This document shows positions 17,724 to 25,777 of a stretch of 64,000 nt of DNA, piece by piece. The position numbers were made by a program, and so were the translations under genes. Each line of letters starts with the position of its first letter. The first letter of the stretch is position 1. Source of the DNA: Bacteroidota bacterium (GTDB taxonomy: Bacteria; Bacteroidota; Bacteroidia; Bacteroidales; VadinHA17); contig DSCJ01000015.1 in assembly GCA_011049175.1 (NCBI GenBank), positions 9,615 through 73,614 on the forward strand, read 5' to 3'. The notes below the pieces were generated by a model. It was not told where the DNA came from, ran no database searches, and saw nothing but the letters and a program-made list of their open reading frames with translations.

Positions 17724-19070
17724 TTATTCCAGTTTTTTTCTTAATTCTTCACCTTCTTTTTCGTATCCCGGTTTTCCGAGAAGGGCAAACATGTTTTTTT
17801 TGTATGCTTCCACCCCGGGCTGGTTGAACGGGTTGATCCCGAGTAAATATCCACTCAGGGCGCAACTCATTTCGAAGAAATAGATAAGCTGTCCCAGGGT
17901 TGCTTCATTGATTTCGGGAATGATAATCCTGATATTGGGAACGCCACCGTCTATATGGGCCAGAGTAGTTCCCATCTCGGCCATTTCATTTACTTCGTGA
18001 ATACGTTTTCCGGCCAGATAGTTCAGTGTGTCGAGGTTATTCTCATCCACAGGGACCTCTACCCTGTGCCTGGGCTTGCTTACCGATAGTACTGTCTCAA
18101 ACAGATGTCGTTCCCCTTCCTGGATATACTGGCCCATGGAATGCAAATCGGTAGTGAAGTCGACGCTGGCCGGGAAAAGGCCTTTTCCTTCTTTGCCTTC
18201 GCTTTCACCGAAAAGCTGTTTCCACCATTCGGCCATATAATGAAGCCGGGGTTCGTAGTTTACCAGAATTTCGATTCGTTTTCCTTTCCGGTACAGAAGG
18301 TTTCTGGCAATGGCATACAGAGCCGCAGGATTATCTTCGATATTTTGCTCTGTGTCACAACGTTGCATCATCAAGCCGGCCCCTTCCAGCAGCGATTTTA
18401 TTTCGAATCCGGCCATAGCGATGGGGACCAGCCCAACCGGTGTCAGCACCGAGTATCTGCCCCCCACGTCATCGGGGATGGAAAAAGTATGATATCCTTC
18501 TTTCTCCGCCATTTTTCTCAGGGCACCACGGTGGGCATCGGTGATGGCTATGATACGGTCGGAGAGTGATTTTTTTCCGAACCGCTGCACCAGTTCGTTT
18601 TTCAAAATCCGGAAAGCAAGAGCCGGTTCTGTGGTGGTACCCGATTTTGAGATCACAGTCAGTCCGAATGATTTGCCGGAAAGAACTTCAAGAAGGTCAT
18701 GCAGGTAATCTTCGCTGATGTTCTGGCCGGCATACAGTATGCGGGGTGATTTTCCTCCGGGGACTTCACCGGCAAAAGTGTGCGACAGGGCTTCGATTAC
18801 GAACCTGGCTCCCAGGTAGGATCCTCCTATTCCCACCAGTACCACGGCATCCATATTTTTTTTCCAGTGGCGCGCCAGTTTTTCAATCTTTTCTATCTCC
18901 ACAGCATTGATTTTTGCAGGAAGATCGGTCCATCCGAGAAAATCACTTCCTTTTCCCGTTTTATCCAGCAATGCCATGCGGTGTTTCATGGCTTCGGGAT
19001 ACAGTGTGCGGATTTCCTCTTTGCTTATTATTTCTGTGATGTGACGTATATCCAATTGTAAACTGTTCAT
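17724..19070 (-). CDS. pgi: glucose-6-phosphate isomerase
   Basis: Contains 'GIGGSYLGAR', 'SKSGTTTEP' and 'GGRYSVL'. 448 aa. Confidence 0.95.
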   Translation of the reverse strand: MNSLQLDIRHITEIISKEEIRTLYPEAMKHRMALLDKTGKGSDFLGWTDLPAKINAVEIEKIEKLARHWKKNMDAVVLVGIGGSYLGARFVIEALSHTFAGEVPGGKSPRILYAGQNISEDYLHDLLEVLSGKSFGLTVISKSGTTTEPALAFRILKNELVQRFGKKSLSDRIIAITDAHRGALRKMAEKEGYHTFSIPDDVGGRYSVLTPVGLVPIAMAGFEIKSLLEGAGLMMQRCDTEQNIEDNPAALYAIARNLLYRKGKRIEILVNYEPRLHYMAEWWKQLFGESEGKEGKGLFPASVDFTTDLHSMGQYIQEGERHLFETVLSVSKPRHRVEVPVDENNLDTLNYLAGKRIHEVNEMAEMGTTLAHIDGGVPNIRIIIPEINEATLGQLIYFFEMSCALSGYLLGINPFNQPGVEAYKKNMFALLGKPGYEKEGEELRKKLE

Positions 19071-19082
19071 AGTTTCACTGTT

Positions 19083-20084
19083 TTACGATAACTGTTCGGT
19101 TAGTAATTTGATTTCGATAGAGGGGGCCACGTTTTCATACAATATACGGTATACGGATTCTGTAATGGGCATGGGAACCCGGTAATGCCGGTTGATTTCC
19201 ATGATCGATTTTGTAGCGTAATACCCTTCTGCAACCATATTCATCTCCAGCTGGGCGGTTTTTACGCCGTATCCTTTCCCGATCATGTTGCCGAACGTGC
19301 GGTTCCGGCTGAATTGAGAATAGGCGGTGACCATCAGGTCGCCAAGATAGGCCGAAGTATTGATATCCCGGTGAATGGGATGTACGGTGTTTACAAAACG
19401 CTGGATTTCCAGGGCGGCGTTTGAGATCAAAACGGCCAGGAAATTATCCCCATACCCCAGCCCATGTGCAATTCCCGCCGCAATGGCAAAGATATTTTTC
19501 AAAACAGCAGCATACTCCGTACCGAATATGTCGTCGGAGGGGATCGTTTTGATGTAATGGCACTTCAGACTGTGAGCCATGAAGTTTCTGGTTTCTTTTC
19601 CCTGGGAAGCGACCGTAATGAAGGTAAGGCGTTCGAGTGCCACCTCTTCGGCATGACTGGGACCGGTTATCACTCCGAAATCCGGATAAGGAATGTGGAA
19701 TGCATCGTGAAAAAATTCACCAACGATCTTGTTTTCACCCGGGATCATCCCTTTGATGGCGGAATATATGGTTTTATTTTTCAATTGTGCTGCAGAAAGA
19801 GTGTTCAAACTTTCTTTCAGAAAAGCTGCCGGGATGGCAAACAGCAAATGGTCTGCCTGCTGAACCGCTTCAGAAATATTGTTGTAGAATGACAGGCGGT
19901 CGGTATCGAGGGAAACGGCAGAAAGATACCCCGGATTGTGCCTGTGTTCCGAAATATAATCTATCCGCTCCCGGCTTCGCATGTACCAGTGTACATGATC
20001 CATATTCTCCAGCAGGACTTTTACCAGGGCTGTTGCCCAGCTTCCTCCCCCCAGAACAACCATTCCATCTGTGTTGGACATCAT
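19083..20084 (-). CDS. gpsA: NAD(P)H-dependent glycerol-3-phosphate dehydrogenase
   Basis: Has the dinucleotide fold 'VVLGGGSWATAL' plus 'GLGYGDN' and 'EGYYATK'. The start is uncertain (TTG 20096, ATG 20084 or ATG 20063). Confidence 0.9.
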   Translation of the reverse strand: MMSNTDGMVVLGGGSWATALVKVLLENMDHVHWYMRSRERIDYISEHRHNPGYLSAVSLDTDRLSFYNNISEAVQQADHLLFAIPAAFLKESLNTLSAAQLKNKTIYSAIKGMIPGENKIVGEFFHDAFHIPYPDFGVITGPSHAEEVALERLTFITVASQGKETRNFMAHSLKCHYIKTIPSDDIFGTEYAAVLKNIFAIAAGIAHGLGYGDNFLAVLISNAALEIQRFVNTVHPIHRDINTSAYLGDLMVTAYSQFSRNRTFGNMIGKGYGVKTAQLEMNMVAEGYYATKSIMEINRHYRVPMPITESVYRILYENVAPSIEIKLLTEQLS

Positions 20085-20092
20085 GATGTATT

Positions 20093-20824
20093 TCAAAGGG
20101 ATTTTACCCTGCCTGCACTGGAAACATGGATGTTTTTTATCTCGGGATTTCCCAGATAATATATATCTCCCGAACTGCTGGAGCGGGCATTGAGTTCTCT
20201 GGTTACGAATATTCTGGCATTTCCCGAGCTCGAAACAGCAACGTCGGCTTTCTCCACTTTCAGCCTCAGGGCATCCAGATCGCCTGCACTGCTGAGGCGG
20301 GCTTCCAGTGAATCTGCCTTGCCTGAAAGGCGAATATCGCCTGCACTCGACAGTGAGACACGGATTTCGCCGGCTTCTACTTCCAGGCTGAGATCGCCTG
20401 CGCTGCTTACCGATATATCCAGCTTGCGGCAGGTGAATTTCCCCTGACCTTCCACATCACCGGCGCTGGAAATCTGTATTTCTCTGAGTTCAGGAAGACT
20501 GATATATACTTTTTTCGATTTTGCCTGCCTGATGTTGACTTCCGTATCAATGATCAAAATCCCGTTCCTGACTTCATGATGGATATATTCATGAAGATTT
20601 TCATCGGCTTCCACCACCACACCCAGGTTTTCATCCTGCCGGAGGAAAACGTCTATTCCACTGCTTACCCTGATGCCGGTAAAATATTCGGTATCAACAG
20701 CTTTCTTTATGACGGGTCCTTCCCCGTAAACGGTTTCTCTGAAAGGATCTATGTAACATCCCTGCACGATGGCGATGATAGCCACCATGCTCAGACTTTT
20801 TCTGAAATTCAAATAAATATTCAT
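20093..20824 (-). CDS. DUF2807 / head-GIN-domain lipoprotein (putative beta-helical adhesin-like head)
   Basis: Has a lipobox 'AIVQGC' and seven 'SSAGD'-type repeats with a period of about 19-21 aa. Its stop lies 8 nt from gpsA ATG 20084. Confidence 0.7.
   Translation of the reverse strand: MNIYLNFRKSLSMVAIIAIVQGCYIDPFRETVYGEGPVIKKAVDTEYFTGIRVSSGIDVFLRQDENLGVVVEADENLHEYIHHEVRNGILIIDTEVNIRQAKSKKVYISLPELREIQISSAGDVEGQGKFTCRKLDISVSSAGDLSLEVEAGEIRVSLSSAGDIRLSGKADSLEARLSSAGDLDALRLKVEKADVAVSSSGNARIFVTRELNARSSSSGDIYYLGNPEIKNIHVSSAGRVKSL
20096..20472 (-). repeat. intragenic tandem repeat (about 57-63 nt period) encoding the SSAGD beta-helix rungs of the DUF2807 protein
   Basis: Repeat units ISSAGDV, VSSAGDL, LSSAGDI, LSSAGDL, VSSSGNA, SSSSGDI and VSSAGRV appear in the translation. 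Recurring 'atcgcctgcactg'-like DNA words appear on the plus strand. Confidence 0.7.
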
Positions 20825-20891
20825 AACAGGTTGCTTTGGAACGGGTAAAATTACGGCATATTCGAACAAATTTCAAAAATGTACCCATGAA

Positions 20892-20929
20892 ATAACCGGA
20901 AGCTGTTTTTTCTGACAGCTTCCGGTTAT
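20892..20929 (-). terminator. stem-loop downstream of the BNR-repeat gene (possible terminator, no clear U-tract)
   Basis: A 15-bp perfect inverted repeat (ATAACCGGAAGCTGT / ACAGCTTCCGGTTAT) with an 8-nt loop lies 50 nt past the stop at 20979. Confidence 0.45.
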
Positions 20930-20978
20930 GATCTTTACCAACTGCTTTATCGGGAATGGCTATCCGGCCGGCAGAATT

Positions 20979-23339
20979 CTATCTTCTCCAGCGTGGCCTG
21001 GTCCCACCGTTTATTTCATTGGCATCCATCAACCATACACCCCTTCCATGGGTGCCGATCACAATAAAGTTTTCTCTTTCCTGAATCACCAGATCGAGTA
21101 CGTAGGTCATCGGCAGATCACCAAGTACATCCCAGTGATTTCCTCCGTCCTTTGTAACAAATACACCGGCATCGGTTCCCACATAGAGGATATCCCGGTT
21201 GAAAGGATCTTCTCTGATCACATTGACCGGGCCGATAGGGATATTTGCCACAATGGATTTCCAGGTTTTCCCGTAATCATCTGATTTCCATATATAGGGG
21301 GCAAAATCGTCATCCCGTTTTCCATTCTGGGTAAGATACACAGTGCCCATATGATACCGGCTGGCCACCACTCGGGATACCCATCTATCAGGCACCAATC
21401 CTTTGGTGATTTCGGTCCAGGTTTTTCCACCGTCTTTGGTTAGGTGAGCCCTTCCGTCATCGGTACCTGCATAGATCAGTCCTGGCATCAGGGGAGATTC
21501 GCTGATGGTAAACAGGGTCTGGTAAGGAATATCGCCCATTTTCTTCGGGTCGTTGTAGGTCAGGTCCGGACTGATCCTTTCCCAGGTGTTTCCCCGGTCA
21601 ATCGACCGGAAGAGGTATTGCATTCCCAGGTAAACGATATCGGGATTGTGGGGAGACAGGATAAAGGGGGCCATCCATTGCCCGCGGAGGGGAGGTTCAT
21701 CTTCGTATACCCGGGGAACGATGGTTTTGGTTTGCCATCCGTTTTCCTGAAGGTACCCCCGAATCATATTTCCATAGAAACCTGCAGCATACACCCGGTT
21801 GGGATCTGTGGGGTCGATGGCATGGTTGCTGCCTTCGCCGCCCGGAGCCCATTCAAAATCAGCAACCGGAATCCGGTCGCGTCCACGGATTAAATCAACT
21901 TCGGCCCTGTAGCTGCCATGATCCTGTATGGATCCGTAAATATGGAAAGGATCGGCATTGTCCACCTGTACATTAAAGAACTGACTTGCCTGAAGCCTTT
22001 CGGTAAAGAGGTGCCATGTTTCACCCCGGTCGTAGGAAACGCATACTCCTCCGTCGTTTGCATTGAATAAATAATCGGAGTTGTCGGGATCGATCCACAG
22101 ACCGTGGTGATCAGCGTGCATGCCCCTGAGTGTGCGGAAAGTTTTTCCTCCGTCGTTGGATACGTGCAGTTGAACCCCCATGGTATAGATGGTATTTTCA
22201 TCATTGGGATCGACCCTGATCTGGCCGAATACCCAGCCATAGGTTCCGGAGTGGCGTTCCATATACCGGGCCATTTCTTCCGTTTGTCCGCTGACTCTTT
22301 GCCAGCTAAGGGCTCCGTTGCTGGTTCGGTATACGGTTGCTCCCATGATGACTCCCCCCCGGGGGCGACCATAGGAATCTGTTTCTCCGTATGCTTCCCG
22401 GATAATTTCATAATTATCAATGAAGGCATAGAGTACCTCGGGATTTGATCTCGCGATATCAATCCCGATTCGTCCGCGGTACCGGGCTTCCGGTAAGCCG
22501 TTATTGACTTTTTTCCAGGTTTTCCCTCCGTCGGTGGTTTTCCATATACCGCTTCCGTTGTATCCGGGTTCATTACGCGGGTCATTCCATTTTTTCCTGA
22601 TTCTTTGCCAGGTGGCGGCATAAAGAATGTCGGGATTTTCAGGATGCATCACCAGGTCAATGGCTCCGGTTAGTTCATTCACATAAAGAATTTTTTCCCA
22701 GGTTTCACCGCCGTTGGTTGTTTTGTAAACGCCCCGTTCAGGATTTGGGGTCCATTCGTGCCCGGAGGCAGCTACATATACCACCTGGCTGTTTCGGGGA
22801 TTGACAAGAATTCGTGCGATAGTAAATGTGTTTTCCAGTCCAAGGTGTTTCCAGGTTTTCCCTCCGTCGGTGGTTCGGAATATTCCTGCCCCTGACTGGG
22901 AGCTTCTGAAGATATTGGCTTCACCGGTCCCCATCCAGAGGATATCGGGATTGGAAGGATCGAGTGCAATATCCCCGATCGATGCGGTAGCAAGATCTTC
23001 AGTAAGGGGCTCCCAGGTGGTGCCTTCGTTTACTGTCTTCCACAGTCCGCCTGAAGCGGTAGCGGCATACATGGTATACGATTGCCCCTTGGGACGCACT
23101 ACCTCCACATCGGTGCATCGGATACTGATGTTCCCCGGACCTACAAATTGCCAGGCCAGTTCTGTGAAAGGCGACCTGGCTTTCATTTCCATATACTTTT
23201 CGAAAGCAACCAGCCGGTTTTCCCCTTTGGTTATGGGACGTGGCTGGGCCAGTGAAGAAGAAACGGACAGGAAAAGAAAAACAAGCAGAAATGCCGGTAA
23301 CGGCATGGCCGTGATGAGATTTTTATTGATGCTTTTCAT
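20979..23339 (-). CDS. secreted BNR/Asp-box repeat protein, sortilin/VPS10- or GH74-like double beta-propeller
   Basis: Contains at least 10 Asp-boxes (for example 'TTDGGKTW' x2, 'TTNGGETW', 'SNDGGKTF', 'SYDRGETW', 'SIDRGNTW', 'TKDGGKTW', 'SDDYGKTW'). The signal peptide ends 'SSSLA|QPR'. I chose the start at ATG 23339. Confidence 0.75.
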   Translation of the reverse strand: MKSINKNLITAMPLPAFLLVFLFLSVSSSLAQPRPITKGENRLVAFEKYMEMKARSPFTELAWQFVGPGNISIRCTDVEVVRPKGQSYTMYAATASGGLWKTVNEGTTWEPLTEDLATASIGDIALDPSNPDILWMGTGEANIFRSSQSGAGIFRTTDGGKTWKHLGLENTFTIARILVNPRNSQVVYVAASGHEWTPNPERGVYKTTNGGETWEKILYVNELTGAIDLVMHPENPDILYAATWQRIRKKWNDPRNEPGYNGSGIWKTTDGGKTWKKVNNGLPEARYRGRIGIDIARSNPEVLYAFIDNYEIIREAYGETDSYGRPRGGVIMGATVYRTSNGALSWQRVSGQTEEMARYMERHSGTYGWVFGQIRVDPNDENTIYTMGVQLHVSNDGGKTFRTLRGMHADHHGLWIDPDNSDYLFNANDGGVCVSYDRGETWHLFTERLQASQFFNVQVDNADPFHIYGSIQDHGSYRAEVDLIRGRDRIPVADFEWAPGGEGSNHAIDPTDPNRVYAAGFYGNMIRGYLQENGWQTKTIVPRVYEDEPPLRGQWMAPFILSPHNPDIVYLGMQYLFRSIDRGNTWERISPDLTYNDPKKMGDIPYQTLFTISESPLMPGLIYAGTDDGRAHLTKDGGKTWTEITKGLVPDRWVSRVVASRYHMGTVYLTQNGKRDDDFAPYIWKSDDYGKTWKSIVANIPIGPVNVIREDPFNRDILYVGTDAGVFVTKDGGNHWDVLGDLPMTYVLDLVIQERENFIVIGTHGRGVWLMDANEINGGTRPRWRR

Positions 23340-23459
23340 GATGGGATGAAAGGTTTGTATAAAGCAGAGAAAAATAATTGAATTAACCCACATTTAAAAG
23401 TGTGAAGCATGTTTGCACAAGAATTTTCTGATCCGATACATTGAAAGGGAACAGAAAAA

Positions 23460-24308
23460 TCATGGTCTGGATGGTTTGGTTCCTGAAATGATGAGATATT
23501 GCCGCCGCCGGGTCAGGAGGAATATATTGAGATGGATATTGATGAAATAAAAAAGCCGGAAAGCCAATGTACGCAAAAAACTGCGTTTCTTCATCTGTTT
23601 GAACCATGAACGGTAATTTTGGAACCCCCTGATTACTTCGTCAGTAATATCTTCAATATGTTCAACGTGAAGATTGACTTTTTTCAACCCCTCCAGGTAT
23701 TCTTTCAGTGACCAGTGATGCAGGATCATTTTCCTTTTCCAGCGTTTTCTTCCTCTTTTGGAAGGTTCCCGGGTGGTCAGGATATCGGCTATCAGGAATT
23801 TTCCTCCCGGAACAAGTGTCCGGTATACCTCTTTCAGGAAAGAGAGCTTGTTGGGATAATGAAAGGCACTTTCAATATTAAGCACCACGTCGAAGCTCTC
23901 GTCTTTGATTTTTTGCATATTCTGAGCATCATCAACCAGAAAGTAGGCATTTTCAATACCCCGGCGCGACTTTTCGCGATTGGCAATTTTTATGTTCGAC
24001 CGGTTCAGATCAATACCTGTAATGTACCTGGGTTTATATTTCTCCGATATAAATTTTGTTTGTACCCCGTTGCCGCATCCTATTTCCAGGACCGATTTTC
24101 CGTGCAGAGGTTCAACATGCTTCAAACACTGCCTGGTTAGGTTTTCCTGAGCCTGCCGGAAATTGTCGGATCTTTTTCCGTAAAACGGATAATGAAGCAT
24201 GGTAAATTCATCATTTACCTGATGAAGCGCCTGATTCATTGATTCATAATAACTGGTTGTGGATGATCCCGACTTAATAAGCTTTATCATCTGTGCTATC
24301 AATTCCAT
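23460..24308 (-). CDS. class I SAM-dependent methyltransferase (Methyltransf_11-like) with a hydrophobic C-terminal tail
   Basis: Has motif I 'VLEIGCGNG', the post-I acidic 'GIDLN', and 'LVPGGKFLIAD'. The C-terminus 'LAFRLFYFINIHLNIFLL' is hydrophobic. Confidence 0.75.
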   Translation of the reverse strand: MELIAQMIKLIKSGSSTTSYYESMNQALHQVNDEFTMLHYPFYGKRSDNFRQAQENLTRQCLKHVEPLHGKSVLEIGCGNGVQTKFISEKYKPRYITGIDLNRSNIKIANREKSRRGIENAYFLVDDAQNMQKIKDESFDVVLNIESAFHYPNKLSFLKEVYRTLVPGGKFLIADILTTREPSKRGRKRWKRKMILHHWSLKEYLEGLKKVNLHVEHIEDITDEVIRGFQNYRSWFKQMKKRSFLRTLAFRLFYFINIHLNIFLLTRRRQYLIISGTKPSRP

Positions 24309-24478
24309 AATTGCTGACTTTGTAATAATGTTCGCATGATACGGATTATTATTTACTGTGAAAAGGACTGACCGGAAAAATGTGAGATTTAATGAACCCA
24401 GAGCTTACGAAAGATACGAAAATATTATTTATTTTGGAAGAGGCAATTTGCTGTATGGAAGACATATACAAAAGAGAA

Positions 24479-25120
24479 ATGAATAATTGCACGAAACGTT
24501 GGATTATGATCATAATAACTGCGGGTGTGCTGTTCCATTCCTTGTTCTCTCAGGAAAGGAATGAAGATCCCGATGAAAGAGTCCATAAATTTCTGGAAAG
24601 TAAAAGGAACCGCTGGCGGAATATGAATATTCCTGAAGCCGACGGGAAAGTTTTGTATGATCTGATTGTGAAGCACGGGTATACCCGCGCACTGGAAATA
24701 GGAACCTCAACCGGACATTCAGGAATATGGATTGCCTGGGCCCTTTCGAAAACCGGAGGCAGGCTGATCACTATCGAGATTGATGAAGAAAGGTACAGGG
24801 AGGCATTGACCAATTTCTCTCAGGCAGGCCTTCTGCCCTATATTGATGCCCGCCTGGGCGATGCACATAAGCTGGTGAAAGAGCTTGAAGGGCCTTTTGA
24901 CTTTGTATTCTGTGATGCTGATAAAGTTTGGTATAAAAATTATTTTCAGGCAGTTTATCCAAAAATGGAGAAGGGGGGATGTTATACTGCTCACAATGTT
25001 TCCATGAGGCGAAGCCCTGCCATGCGTGAATTTCTTGATTATGTGACAGGTCTCGAGGGAGTTGAAACCACTATCAACCGGTCGAGTTACGCAGGGATCT
25101 CCATCAGTTACATTCGGTGA
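24479..25120 (+). CDS. cation-dependent O-methyltransferase (family 3, CCoAOMT/catechol-OMT-like) with an N-terminal signal peptide
   Basis: Contains 'ALEIGTSTGHSGIW' (SAM site) and 'FVFCDADKVWYKNYF' (the DADKxNY metal/substrate signature). The N-terminus 'MNNCTKRWIMIIITAGVLFHSLFS|QE' looks like a signal peptide. The start is ambiguous (24392, 24455, 24479 or 24506). Confidence 0.7.
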   Translation: MNNCTKRWIMIIITAGVLFHSLFSQERNEDPDERVHKFLESKRNRWRNMNIPEADGKVLYDLIVKHGYTRALEIGTSTGHSGIWIAWALSKTGGRLITIEIDEERYREALTNFSQAGLLPYIDARLGDAHKLVKELEGPFDFVFCDADKVWYKNYFQAVYPKMEKGGCYTAHNVSMRRSPAMREFLDYVTGLEGVETTINRSSYAGISISYIR

Positions 25121-25221
25121 AGCATCGGGGCATGTTTTCACTATATTACCGGAAAATGTAACCCAACTACGTATTTCCCCGTTAAATCATTATGTATTTT
25201 AACCCGCAAATAAAACAAATT

Positions 25222-25638
25222 ATGAAAAAAAGTAAGATTCTATCACTTGCCCTTGTTGCCGTTCTGGCAATTCCCCTGTTGCTGTCATCCTGTAAAAAGG
25301 ACGATCTGACCCTGCTGACAGCCCATACATGGAATTTTAACAAAATGACCACCAACTCAAACGATGAAGATGTGCAAACATGGGTAGCATTTTTCTCAGC
25401 TATGCTTACAGGTGCAACACTGGAATTTAACGAGGGCGGTACGTATGTATTGGATTCTCCGATGGCTGAAAATCCAGAAACAGGCACATGGGAACTGAGC
25501 GATGACGGAAAAACCCTGCACATGGACGATGATGCCATGATGGTCGTTAAACTGACAGATGATGAGCTTGTACTCGAAGGCGAAGAGGTGGATGATGATT
25601 TAGGGGCGTACACCGTTAAGATGTACTGGGAAAAATAA
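25222..25638 (+). CDS. small lipocalin-like lipoprotein
   Basis: Has a lipobox 'LLLSSC|KKDD' and a 'TWNF...GTWELSDDGKTL...L.L' pattern like lipocalin_4-type domains. The C-terminus is acidic. Confidence 0.55.
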   Translation: MKKSKILSLALVAVLAIPLLLSSCKKDDLTLLTAHTWNFNKMTTNSNDEDVQTWVAFFSAMLTGATLEFNEGGTYVLDSPMAENPETGTWELSDDGKTLHMDDDAMMVVKLTDDELVLEGEEVDDDLGAYTVKMYWEK

Positions 25639-25673
25639 ATTCCCGGGAATTATCACTGAGGAGATTTTTTCAT

Positions 25674-25720
25674 CAGGTACTCTATATCTTTGCAGAGAAT
25701 AGAGTACCTGACTTTTCATT
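25674..25720 (+). terminator. rho-independent terminator after the lipocalin-like gene
   Basis: A perfect 12-bp stem (CAGGTACTCTAT / ATAGAGTACCTG) with a 13-nt loop is followed by ACTTTTCATTT. Confidence 0.65.
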
Positions 25721-25777
25721 TGGGTTCCGGGGCCTCCGATATGGTGGTGTTTTTCCCCGCTAATTTGATGATCCTAT

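Noticed and set aside
21890-22621. A 243-aa ORF on the same strand as the BNR-repeat gene but in a different frame, and a 182-aa plus-strand ORF at 22801-23349.
   Set aside because: Their composition is Pro/Gly/Lys/Thr-rich and repetitive, reflecting the Asp-box repeats read out of frame. The BNR frame carries at least 10 canonical SxDxGxTW boxes and a signal peptide, so the alternative frames are shadows.
25182-25613. A Ser-rich 143-aa minus-strand ORF ('SSSTSSPSSTSSSS...').
   Set aside because: It is antisense to the acidic lipocalin-like lipoprotein gene, whose Asp/Glu codons read as Ser/Ile runs in reverse. The plus-strand gene has a lipobox, a terminator and sensible composition.
25641-25652. 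A 12-bp perfect palindrome ATTCCCGGGAAT immediately after the lipocalin-like gene stop.
   Set aside because: It is a loop-less palindrome containing a CCCGGG core, with no partner site and no phasing with the promoter. The real terminator hairpin is 20 nt further on. Evidence is insufficient to call it an operator.
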